Below, piece by piece: positions 35,016 to 45,382 of a DNA stretch of 64,000 nucleotides. The stretch is from Tetramitus jugosus (Eukaryota > Protista > Heterolobosea): positions 62,001-126,000 of the forward strand of contig OW569387.1 of assembly GCA_937625935.1 (NCBI GenBank), in the 5' to 3' direction. The position numbers were made by a program, and so were the translations under genes. Every line of letters begins with the position of its first letter. Positions within the stretch are counted from its first letter, which is position 1. The notes under the pieces were generated by a model. That model did not search any database. It was not told the DNA's origin and worked only from the letters and a program-made list of their open reading frames with translations.

Positions 35016-35906
35016 ATGTTGATCAAAAGGTACACATGGCTCAAAATGATTGTGCCATCAGTCATTGGCTTCGTCATTGTAAACTCTCTCCATACACCCT
35101 CCTTTTTCAACCCACAAACCATTCATCGATCTCAATTTGATCGAAGCAAAGCTGTTCCTCTCACATCACTCATCGATGGAGATGATGAAGAAAATGAGGT
35201 GTGGCGTCATGATAAACCCCTGTTTGAGCACTACCAAAAACAGTATATTCGTTATGGTAGCTTAAACCATTTGCTCATGGACAGTGAAGACTGTTTACAA
35301 AGTCGGTTGACTGCTCTTGCGGAGAAGGCATCTCCAAGTAGTGAGAATGAAAAGGGTGAAAGCTCTTCTTCTTCTTCTTCGAGTCTAGAACAACAACACA
35401 AGTACCACATTGATCAATCCATGGTGATTGTTCGTGAGGGAACGTGTGGCTTTCCGATTCAATTCATTTCAATGCGCTCAGACTATGCTCAGGTAGTGTT
35501 GTCTGGCGTGTTGAGAGTTGAACAATCAAGCTCTAGCTCGCTCTCTCCATCTTCATTGTCATCGTCCTCGTTGGATGGCAGGGAAATTTGTGTCCTGGGC
35601 ACATCGGTCAATAATAAACCATTTACAATCGATCATTTGATGATTGTGGAGGACAATGGCGAATTGAGACATGTATTTGATAACCCAATCCCACAATTGG
35701 ACTTTTTGAATCGGTTCTTTAGATCAAGGAAGGTAATTCAAACAGAATTTGTGAACGGAGGTTTGATATCTTCAGCAGTGCAGGACGAAAATGAGTTTAA
35801 GTGCTTGGATAACAAGACAGGTGTACTATTGAACGAAATGAAACCTTACTTTGAATATGAACGGAAGAAAACCTTTTGGCAAAAGGCTCTTTCATTGGTC
35901 ATCTAG
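35016..35906 (+). CDS. Hypothetical protein with N-terminal hydrophobic anchor and poly-Ser linkers
   Basis: ~296-aa ORF, no recognised motif. Confidence 0.65.
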   Translation: MLIKRYTWLKMIVPSVIGFVIVNSLHTPSFFNPQTIHRSQFDRSKAVPLTSLIDGDDEENEVWRHDKPLFEHYQKQYIRYGSLNHLLMDSEDCLQSRLTALAEKASPSSENEKGESSSSSSSSLEQQHKYHIDQSMVIVREGTCGFPIQFISMRSDYAQVVLSGVLRVEQSSSSSLSPSSLSSSSLDGREICVLGTSVNNKPFTIDHLMIVEDNGELRHVFDNPIPQLDFLNRFFRSRKVIQTEFVNGGLISSAVQDENEFKCLDNKTGVLLNEMKPYFEYERKKTFWQKALSLVI

Positions 35907-35998
35907 ATAACCCCGGGTTCATTCCCTTCAGGAACCCAAACATAAATCGGGATGATTACAAACAAGAAAAAACATTTCCAAGGTAACACAATACAGCA

Positions 35999-37747
35999 AT
36001 GATGAGAAAGATCATTCGGTTGGGATGTCCCATTCATAATAAACACGGGATGAACACGGTTAGGGGTTTCTTTTCTTCTGCTGTATTTATGAGAGAAACA
36101 ACCACCTTTGAAGAAGAGGAATATCTCTATGAATGGTCATTGCGATGTGATGCAGTCTCCAAGCCATATGCTGAATCACTGAAAGCCTTCAATACCTTGT
36201 TGGAGATGAAGCCTAATGATACCAATCTCCGATTCAAAAAGGGTCGCATGCTCCTTCAGAATGGTCACCTGGATGATGCGATTAACACATTTCAGTCATC
36301 GTTGGGAATTGATGAAAATTTCAAGTTGGCTCATGTAGCTCTGGGATCAGCGTATCAGTTGAAGCATTGTTACGATTTAGCAATGGAACACTATGTCAAG
36401 GCATTGGAGATTGATCCAAATTATAGTGTGGCTCACTTTGGAATAGCTGTACTGTATTCCAAGCTGCACAAGGATCAAGAATCGTTGGACCATTTCCAGA
36501 AAGCACTGAGATTGGACTATGAGCGAAAAGTGTCTTTCAATACTGAGAGAATGGAGGGTCAATATAGGGATCTCCTCTATAAAATGTATCAAGATGCAGT
36601 GACGGATCCAAGTCTGACTTTGTCAATTGTTTACGATGAGGATCAAGCGCATGTGGACCCAAAAAGGGACGATCTGACAGTAATTTTTCCAGAGGAGGAA
36701 GGTAGATACAACGACTCAAATCGGTTGTTTGCGCACAACAAGTTTAAAGTTGGAGATATTATCGCACCAGGAGTTGAGATAGCAACAGTTGAGATGGACA
36801 AGGTGTGCCTTAGCTTGTCTGCGCCAGAAGCGGCTCTCATTACAGATGTGTGGGAAACATCTGAAAGCTCAAAAATCCATCCAGGAACAACACCTGTTGT
36901 AAAGTACATACCGCTGCGAGTCCAAAAGCTGAAGCCTAGTGACTTGTTACCAACAATACAGGATATATATCCAAAAGAAGCTGCGAGCATTATTAAAAAA
37001 GCCAACAATGTAGTGGTACTGAGTGGATCTGGCTTATCCAAAGAGAGTGGACTGAAAACAAGAAAAGAAATGTGGACTACCTTGTCGAGAGAGAAGTATG
37101 TCGGTAATTGGAATTTCACTCAGGAGCCTGAAAGATTGTGGGAGTTGGTGAAGGACTTTCTGGGTGAAGTTAATTTTGATCCTAAACCCAATGCAGCACA
37201 TTATGCTGTCGCTGATCTGGAAAAGCTGGGATTTGTGAAGGGAGTCATAACTCAGAATGTGGATAATTTGCACCAAGTCTCGGGTAGCATGAATGTAATT
37301 GAAATGCATGGGACTTTGTCTGAGACAATATGTACTTCCTGTGATGTTGTCCATGGAAATTGTGTGGATTATCTGAATAGGGATTTCCCTCCCAGATGTC
37401 CATCATTCCACCAAAAGGAATGTTGTATAAATATGTCCAACACACCAGGCATACTCAAGCCAAATGTTGTTTTGTTTGGCGATCTCATTGATCCAGACAA
37501 GCTTAAGAATGCTTATGAACTTGTGATGAATTGTGATGTATTGTTGGTTGTAGGAACGGCTGCCGATGTAACACCTTGCTCGGAACTGCCAGCAATCGTC
37601 AGTAAGAATGGAGGAACAATCATTGAAGTGAAGAGAAACCATTCAAGACTGGCCAACCATCAACTCGAGAACCATATGTTTGTTTCGGGAGAAGCTGCCA
37701 CAATTTTACCTGCGATTGTTGATTATATCGCGAAAGATCAAGACTAA
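35999..37747 (+). CDS. TPR + lipoyl/biotinyl-attachment-like domain + Sir2 sirtuin fusion protein
   Basis: TPRs (AHVALGSAY...ALEIDPNYSVAHFGIA); VGDII..GVEIATVEMDKV..LSAP; sirtuin SGSGLSKESG, PNAAH, ITQNVDNLH, EMHG, CxxC, KPNVVLFG, VGT. Confidence 0.88.
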   Translation: MMRKIIRLGCPIHNKHGMNTVRGFFSSAVFMRETTTFEEEEYLYEWSLRCDAVSKPYAESLKAFNTLLEMKPNDTNLRFKKGRMLLQNGHLDDAINTFQSSLGIDENFKLAHVALGSAYQLKHCYDLAMEHYVKALEIDPNYSVAHFGIAVLYSKLHKDQESLDHFQKALRLDYERKVSFNTERMEGQYRDLLYKMYQDAVTDPSLTLSIVYDEDQAHVDPKRDDLTVIFPEEEGRYNDSNRLFAHNKFKVGDIIAPGVEIATVEMDKVCLSLSAPEAALITDVWETSESSKIHPGTTPVVKYIPLRVQKLKPSDLLPTIQDIYPKEAASIIKKANNVVVLSGSGLSKESGLKTRKEMWTTLSREKYVGNWNFTQEPERLWELVKDFLGEVNFDPKPNAAHYAVADLEKLGFVKGVITQNVDNLHQVSGSMNVIEMHGTLSETICTSCDVVHGNCVDYLNRDFPPRCPSFHQKECCINMSNTPGILKPNVVLFGDLIDPDKLKNAYELVMNCDVLLVVGTAADVTPCSELPAIVSKNGGTIIEVKRNHSRLANHQLENHMFVSGEAATILPAIVDYIAKDQD

Positions 37748-38041
37748 AGTCTTGCGAACACACAGTACAGGGATGTTGCTGGTGCCGTTGTCCTGTCCAC
37801 TTGTGTGTGCAACTACTCAGCCCCTAGTAATTTGAGTGAACAATTTAGAGTATGTTTGATAAACAACCTATTCCAAATGGAATGCGGTTGAGTATCTTGA
37901 GATAATAAAGTATTCTTCACACAATCATTCTCATGTTGTTCATGTTCCGTGCACTTAGATTGGAAGATCAGAAGGTTTTTCCATGTCTATTGGCCCATTT
38001 TTGATCCACTCACTATAAAGAGTAATGACGTATGGTAGTTC

Positions 38042-40486
38042 CTACTTACTACCAACTTCCACGGAGGGACAAAAGTTTGAAGATTCAAATCTTTCTCTCA
38101 ATTCAATCAAAGCTTCGTCTCTGGGACACTGTGACAACAATTTCGAAACTAAAGTGCGAGCAGAGCTGAGATTGTTCTCTTCAATGAGTTGTTTCACTTG
38201 AGATGTGGCACTTTCCAGTTCTTTTTGCTTTTCTGATGCCTTTTCTCTCTCACACAGGACTTCAAAAACGTGAACTGAATGAATAATGATGTCAGGGCAT
38301 GATCAACCAAAGTTGCAATGAATGAAAGAGCAATACATACTGGGTTGAGATTTTCCTTTGACACAAACAAAGGATATCCATCGACAGATAAAGTGATCTT
38401 GGACTTCTTCTTTTGTCTTGGGTCCAATCATTATTGATGTTTCATATCGTTTGTTCAGTGACATTAATCGACTGGCCACATTGACTGCATCACCCAATGC
38501 TGTATAATTGACTCTAGTTCGACTTCCAACATTCCCAACAAAACACATATCTGTGTTTACTCCAATTCGAACGGAGATTGTGGGACGATCCTTGCTTTTC
38601 CACTCTTGATTCAATTCGCGAACACTCTGGTGTATCTTAAAGCATGCTCGAATAGATCTGATTTCGTGATCATCAATGCTCAATGGTGCATTGAAGAGAC
38701 ACATGATTCCTTCAGGAATATACTTGTCAACCACTCCTCCTTCATCAGTCACAATTTGAGAGAAAGAAGTGAGCATGACTTGCAACATGTCCACAAGAAG
38801 ATTTGGTGAAAATCCATCCGTATCCTCCAATCTAGTTTCAATGAACATTATTGTTATTCTCTTTCTCACAACTCCAAGTTGAACACTCGTATTTCTTGAC
38901 ATCAACACTCGAACAACATCTGAAGGAACATAAGCATCAAAACATCTAAGTCCATTTTTCAATTGTCTGATAGATTGTGTCATGACTGCAATCTCAAAGA
39001 GAGGAAGTGAGTGAATCTTGCTCTTCTGCTTCCTAAAGTTCATCTCTGTAATTGTCACGAATTCTCTTGCTATTTCATACAATGGAACTGATATCATTAC
39101 ACTTACGATAAGGGCAATCAGAAGTGCCCCAATGATCGTGCAAATTGTCACAATGGCCAAGACTCGGTTCGATTTGTTCACAACCTTCAAAATAACAGCT
39201 TCAGAAAGCACAGATATCAAGTTCCACCTGAGACCAAAATTGTCTCGGAATCCAATGACTGTAATCTTCCATTTCTTGCCTGTAGAATCAACAAGATTCA
39301 AACCAACAAACTCGTTAGTATCTGCTGTCAAAGGTACTCCAAAGGAACTCTCGATAACCTCAGCTGATTCACGAATCACCAAATCTGTGCTGTTTTTCGC
39401 GTTGACTACTTTTCGATTCCCAGGCTCTGAATCATCTGTGATATGACCCTTGTTAACTGCCACTAATGTCATATCACTCTGCACAACATACACTCTTGTT
39501 TCCGGGAAAACGACAAGAGATCTCAAGAAGTCAGAGAGAGTTTCTAGGTTAATTGAAGCAGTTACTACGCCATACAAACTTCCATCATTCACATCAAAGT
39601 ATGGTCCGGCCACTGGGGCTGTCAGATGCTGCGGTATCGATGCAGTGAAGAAAATCGGTCCCCATTGAATCGCACGAGCTTTCTCTGCAATCACGTACCA
39701 AGGACGTTTGGTTGGGAAGAATCCTGGTTGGATATCAACAGGTTTTGGTGCAACGTCAAGCATATTGTTCATGGCATAGTTTGACACTGTTCCCTCTGCA
39801 GTCGATAATCCCAACTGATATTCCCGTGGAGGATCGTTCACAGTATCGTTCACCATGACTACGATGAAGTAATCGTAACGAGTACCGTACCATACTGTTG
39901 TAATTTTTCGATTTTTCAGTTGACTAAACGATAAAATCTTTTGGATGGTTAGGCTCCTCTCACTCCTCAAGTCACTGAAGTTCAGACCGGACCGGTCTCC
40001 CCATTCCATCTCCTTTATGAGGGTCTGGACAACACTCGGTCCCGAGGCCACAAAGTCTTGCAAATGATTCAGCACTCGGAGAGTCAGAAAATCTCGTTGA
40101 GTATTGGCCACTTGTCTAACACCCCTCCGTATCAGAAAATAATTGGACAACCAAAGTGATATGCCAACAATCACCAAAGAAGTCAATAGCATCACAAGGA
40201 AGACAGTACTGAAGCTCCATGAGAATCGAAGAATCTTGAGTATCATGCGACTCAATCTTTGTTGTCCATCCTTTTTGTTCATACTAGGTTTGAATATCCT
40301 GCACCACGGATGGCGAGTTTTGGTCACTTCTCTCAGATTGGATTGAAAAATATCATCTCCCGATTCGGGAGAATTGGTTGTATTGGTCATTCCTTGATTT
40401 CCTCTTGTATTGTGATGATGAGTTTGTGTAGGAAGGGCAATTTCTGTGGGGATCACAGATTGATTCCTCTCTATTTCTCTAGACAT
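38042..40486 (-). CDS. Receptor-type class III nucleotidyl cyclase copy 3 (inverted), intron 38275-38340
   Basis: Paralog of copies 1 and 2 with the same motifs and intron. Confidence 0.9.
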
Positions 40487-40967
40487 ACACGCGCTTGTTG
40501 TTTCACTTTGTGACGTTCGTTGTCTCCAATGGAAGGTCACAGGGAATAATACAATTTTTCCTCCTTCTTCACGGTTTGATATTTGATTCTCACATACCCA
40601 AGAAGCTCCACAAATTTTCCGGTAAAATTGTTGAATGAAAAAAGGTGGAACCACCATTGAAACAGTGGTAGGATCGCCGAATTAGGTCAATGTGGCTCCC
40701 AATGGACATATAATAACATGAGGAGCCACATGACCACATCTGTGGATATCCAGTCCGGAACTGAAACTATTTAAAGCCTCTGCATCAAGTAAGTCAACTC
40801 TCATTTTTAAACAATTTTTTGTTTCGACCGGTTGTACTTCATGATTTCGTTGACGGAGCTTCAACTTGACCGTCCGCTGTTAGAACTTGAACGAACTTCT
40901 CCTTAAGACAAAAAATCACATGTGGATGAGGCAAGATAAAAGGCACGAGTGAACAACGACTGGTGCT

Positions 40968-41873
40968 TTGCATCTTTACTATCAAGAACAGACCAGAATA
41001 TTGAAGTGTCAGTTGGACGATAAAAATCGAGTGATCGCAATGCTAGTTCAGAAAGCCGCAGAACCATTGTCTCTGCCTATGAGTGAGATCCAAAGGTTGA
41101 GAACAGAACTTAGGGTGCGTGATAAGATGCAACATATCGTTCAAGGCACTTTTCAGTTATCGGAGCAACAAGAACAAGAACGTGAACATGGGGGCGCAGG
41201 TGCATCAGAGAGTGATCACGCCCTCTTTCTTCATAGTGACATCTTGCTCCACATGATGTTCTATGTCGATGCAATTGAATTGCTCATGACTATTCAACTT
41301 GTTTCCAAGCCATTTTGCATTTCTGTTCGCAATTTACTGGACTGGGGCTCCTTAAGTTATGATCAAGCCAAACTGAGAAGTACTCTTGTGTTTCATGATC
41401 GCCTGATGATTACGACGATTGGTGATGGTTATGAGAAGAACAACAATACCAGTCCTGTTAAGCTCGATTCGACGACATTGAAATATGAGCAGTATATTAG
41501 TCTTAAGAAACAGGCTAGTTATTGGGAAGCTGCGTGTTCTCGAGTCGGTGTGCTCCACGGAGGTTTCAATCCCAGAGAGACATTAATGAAAGTGGTCAAA
41601 CTGAGAAAGACAGAGCAGGAGAAGGTTTTGCGATGTAGTCGATGTCATCACTGGTTCAGCTTGGATGACATTGAATCGAGGAGGAGAGATCTTTGTGACC
41701 AGTATGCCACCTCAAAGGAGTTGGGACATGATTTTCACGATGCAATCAAGAAGATTGATATGAAGAATCGTGCTCAAAAGTTCACCGCCCAACTCGGAAG
41801 TCTGGAACCTCCTCCACCGCCTCGCTTCGAATTCATAGCGCCGGAGCCGAACGAACCGACAAGTGAAAACTAA
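40968..41873 (+). CDS. Coiled-coil + F-box-like protein (start uncertain, first in-frame ATG at 41040)
   Basis: LHSDILLHMMFYVDAIELLMTIQLVSKPF resembles an F-box; C-terminal CxxC. Confidence 0.6.
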   Translation: MHLYYQEQTRILKCQLDDKNRVIAMLVQKAAEPLSLPMSEIQRLRTELRVRDKMQHIVQGTFQLSEQQEQEREHGGAGASESDHALFLHSDILLHMMFYVDAIELLMTIQLVSKPFCISVRNLLDWGSLSYDQAKLRSTLVFHDRLMITTIGDGYEKNNNTSPVKLDSTTLKYEQYISLKKQASYWEAACSRVGVLHGGFNPRETLMKVVKLRKTEQEKVLRCSRCHHWFSLDDIESRRRDLCDQYATSKELGHDFHDAIKKIDMKNRAQKFTAQLGSLEPPPPPRFEFIAPEPNEPTSEN

Positions 41874-42229
41874 TCCTAGGTTCGCAACCTCCTTCATCTC
41901 AAGGTCTATGCATCATGAAATAAACCAAAAACGCAGTTGCTCATTTTATTGTTTATCGTCCTTTCTTGTAGTTTCTCATATTCTCGCTGTGACATCCGAA
42001 GAGCTCTTTCCTTTCAGGCTCGAAGAGCATTTGGTGTGAATGCCAGTAGAACCCATGCTCTCCACAACTCACTTGGCTTAGAGCCTTTACGTGCAGTGGT
42101 CCACACTTCATAACGGCTGTTGCCGTATTCCTTCACCAAATTTGTTGAATCACCAGACATGGGATTCCGTTTTTCTGCGTTTTTGCCCAAAAATTCACGA
42201 GAAATTGGCATTTTTATTGTTAACAACGA

Positions 42230-42300
42230 TCGGGCATGGTATAGGGGTAGCATTCCAGACTGTCACTCTGGCGACCCGGGTTCGATTCCCGGTGCTCGAG
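42230..42300 (+). tRNA. tRNA-Asp(GTC)
   Basis: Acceptor TCGGGCA/TGCTCGA, anticodon arm CCAGA-CTGTCAC-TCTGG, T arm CCGGG-TTCGATT-CCCGG, G73, downstream TTTT. Confidence 0.95.
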
Positions 42301-42550
42301 ATCATTTTGTATTTCTGCTCGTTGGGTACACCTGATCACACAATGGAGCACAAATCACGTGAATGCACGACAAGCTCGCGGACCCAAATCGGATGTGAAG
42401 AATCTTACCATGAATCTCACCTAGATCTCATTTGCTCGTAATTTTGATCAACCAACCCACAGGCAAGGAGAAGATTCATTTGGGACTTATTCCTCCGTTA
42501 GATTGTAGTTGGGCCGTCGGCGCCAAAAATACTGAGGAAACATCATGAAT

Positions 42551-42670
42551 GTCTACGTTCATACAATGGTGGAACCACCTCTTCCCATTTCGAATAGAGA
42601 AGTTAAGCACCATCTGGCTGAGTTAGTATTGAGATAGGAGACTACTCGAGAACCCTCAGTAATGTAGGCT
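42551..42670 (+). rRNA. 5S rRNA
   Basis: 120 nt; GTCTAC/GTAGGC terminal helix; CATAC, CCCAT..CGAA, GAAGTTAAGC and TTAGTA 5S signatures; T-run terminator. Confidence 0.92.
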
Positions 42671-42809
42671 TTTATCTATTCGCTTATGCATGATTTCCCT
42701 ACCAAAACCAAAAAAACCCAGGAACATTCTGTGCTTTGTCACGATGTATGAGATGCAACTTAGAGTCATGACTATTGACTTTCAAGAATGGTTAGATGAG
42801 ATTTGAGAT

Positions 42810-43950
42810 TTTTACTTCTGTTTTATTGGAAGAAAATGGATCAGAAACTCGGAATAGAGTTCTGATCCACCAGTGGCTTTGCCACCGTGTACCATGAGGT
42901 CTTCAAACTGGTGTGTTATCTGAGTTGGATTGGTGCTCAAACCCTATTGGTACCTCCATCGCTTGCAGATTAAAACGCAAAAGCAGTCTGACCGAGACGA
43001 CCAGATCAATGTGGTTCCTCTGACACTTTCAACACTAAAAAAAGTTCATAATTGTTTCATTTCCATTTGATGCAGATCGAGGAACTTAGGCAGAGGAATT
43101 TTTTTTAGTGTTATCACTTAATGAAAGAGTTATGTCGGCCAACTTCATTCACAACAAGAAAAACATCCTTAATAACAACCAGTTAACAACAAGAACCAAC
43201 AAAACTCAATCTCACAAAATGTAACACAATGGCCAGCTCAAATACCTCCTCAAGAAGAACCATGATCAAGAAGTGCTTTCAAGGAACCAAGTGCCCTTTC
43301 ACCAAAGAACATCATTGCAAAAGGAACAAGAACGCGAAAAATTATCAATCTATCTGGTGTGATGAGCAAGAACGAAGGGAAGAAACCACTCGAAGAATAC
43401 TCTCGAAAAAAGAACTAACTGCTTCTCATTAAACATTTTAACAGCACTTGGGATCCAAAAGTCAATCTGAGATGTTTCAAATGATTTCTAACTTCTGTTG
43501 TTTGGAAAGAAAATGGGATCACAACTCGGAATAGAGCGTAATCCCACGAGCCACTTTGTAACTCTGAACTGTGAGGCAGTTACGAAGAAATAATCAGTAA
43601 ATTGGTGCTTTGGTTGTTTGAAAAGAAGGGATAGTCATTCTTGCTGCTCATTTATCTTCTTGGTTTTCTCTAACAGGAATGGTTTCAATGTGGGATGAAG
43701 GTTCCTTCTTGTCAGAAAATTAAGTTCCACCCGACAGTCAATGATCAACCCAATAATTGGAAGCACACGCCATACCTTTGCTGAGAACCAAGGCCATCGT
43801 GAGAGGTGAAGAAAGACCAGTTCTGATTGCAACAGATGAGTTGCAACTGTTGAATTTTGCGTTTTAAGCACCAATCCAACTCTTCCTTGAAGACTCATAG
43901 GGCATTAATCCACTGGAATTCTGATCCTTTTTCTTACCAATAAAACAAAC
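42810..43950. repeat. Three diverged copies of a local ~100-170 bp sequence (two direct, one inverted)
   Basis: ACTTCTGTT...GAAAATGG.ATCA.AACTCGGAATAGAG at ~42814 and ~43491; TTTTGCGTTTTAA...GCACCAATCCAACTC...CTGATCC...CCAATAAAACA at 43855-43948 matches the reverse complement of 42819-42982. Confidence 0.65.
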
Positions 43951-43959
43951 ATGATGCAT

Positions 43960-45084
43960 TCAGAAGGCGTGCAGGTTTGCTCTCTTTATTTTCTTTGTTT
44001 TTTTGGTCTTGGGTTTCTTCTTGGTCAGTAGGTACACGTACACTGAGTCATCATCACTATATCGACCTATTTGGATGTCCATATGGTACTCAGGACTAGT
44101 TGCATTGAATACCAAGTCATTGAATGTGGAAAAGATGATCCATGCGCCCTTATCGGCCAATACCTTATGCACTTGTTCCTGGACATCCGCTAGATTCTGT
44201 TCACCCTTGTCCAACTTGTTTTCTTCCATTGGAACTGTTTGTGTCTCGTCATAAGCATCTTCAAGCCATAGTGAGTCGCACGTAGCCTTATCAACTACAA
44301 GCTTGAATGACTTGGGAGGAAAGATCTGATCCAGCCTGCGAACATCAGCCTGATAAAAATTTATGCCTCTCAGATCAGCCATACGATCCTCTGGATCGTA
44401 GTTACTCACTGGAACATTGATCTCATCTGCTACCTGTCTCATCATTGTGACAACGGTTGGCGATATGTCCACACTGACTACATTGGTCACTTGATGAGCT
44501 CGATAGAGCTCAATAGGAAACAACGATAATCCATTTCCGAGAAACAAGACGCGATCGTTTGGTCCACTCATGTGATCCAGTATCACCTCCTTCACTTGCT
44601 CAAAACCATAGTACCACTCCTTCATTATATCCTTTCGTTCTTCTAGATATCTGAACAATAATGTTCCCTTCTCTTGACGCTGGTAGTCACTCCATACACT
44701 TGCATAAAACTTTTCCCAGTAGTCTGGATCATGAGTCTCGATTAATTGACCTGAAGACATGGCAGACACTCTTTGAATATAGTTTTCAGCTTGTTCTTGT
44801 GCATCAGACAGTATTGCATCAATCTCGGGTGACATCCAATGCTCATCCTGAGTCTTGTTTTGAGCTAAATTTCGTTCTTGAATTGAAGTCTTGACTTGAT
44901 CCATCAGATGCTGGTTCAATTGAGCATGCTGTTGGGCAACTTGGGCCGATACTTGATAAATCTTGCTTTTCACAGTTTGATTGGTTTCTGGCAACTGTGA
45001 AATTTTATATTCTCTTTCATTCACTCTCAGCAATCTCCTGTACAATTGAAATGCATGAAAGCCATTTTTGATTGAAGTGGTCAT
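43960..45084 (-). CDS. Class I SAM-dependent methyltransferase (METTL12/EEF1AKMT4/METTL13-N-like) with N-terminal LYR-like motif
   Basis: YWEKFY, EWY, VLFLGNGLS, VDIS, ADV, VVDKATCDSL; N-terminal QLYRRLLR. Confidence 0.85.
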   Translation of the reverse strand: MTTSIKNGFHAFQLYRRLLRVNEREYKISQLPETNQTVKSKIYQVSAQVAQQHAQLNQHLMDQVKTSIQERNLAQNKTQDEHWMSPEIDAILSDAQEQAENYIQRVSAMSSGQLIETHDPDYWEKFYASVWSDYQRQEKGTLLFRYLEERKDIMKEWYYGFEQVKEVILDHMSGPNDRVLFLGNGLSLFPIELYRAHQVTNVVSVDISPTVVTMMRQVADEINVPVSNYDPEDRMADLRGINFYQADVRRLDQIFPPKSFKLVVDKATCDSLWLEDAYDETQTVPMEENKLDKGEQNLADVQEQVHKVLADKGAWIIFSTFNDLVFNATSPEYHMDIQIGRYSDDDSVYVYLLTKKKPKTKKTKKIKRANLHAF

Positions 45085-45382
45085 TTTGCTCTTGTTTTTT
45101 GGTGTGAAATTTTTGTGAATCTTACAACGGCATGCCATTGAGAAGTATTCCTGTTTTTTCTTGTTAGGTGACATTATTCGTTCCTAGTTATCTCCTTCCA
45201 TTGTATTCTCGTCAGGACAAGAACCACTCACCTCCATCCAACCGTAGATGGACGAAATTTCACCCATTGAAGGAGAAAAACAATCAACATTGACTCCAAA
45301 CAGAATCTGAAAAATATTTATCCGGTCAATGAAAAAAAACAAAAGAAACAAAATTCGACATCGAAGAAGAAGATAAAAAATC

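Noticed and set aside
41906-42160. Minus-strand frame continuing through a TGA at 42014-42016 (and a similar TGA at 40950 on the + strand), suggesting Sec or TGA recoding
   Set aside because: No selenoprotein-like context or SECIS seen, TGA ends several clear genes here, and the frames are short; more likely decay or chance
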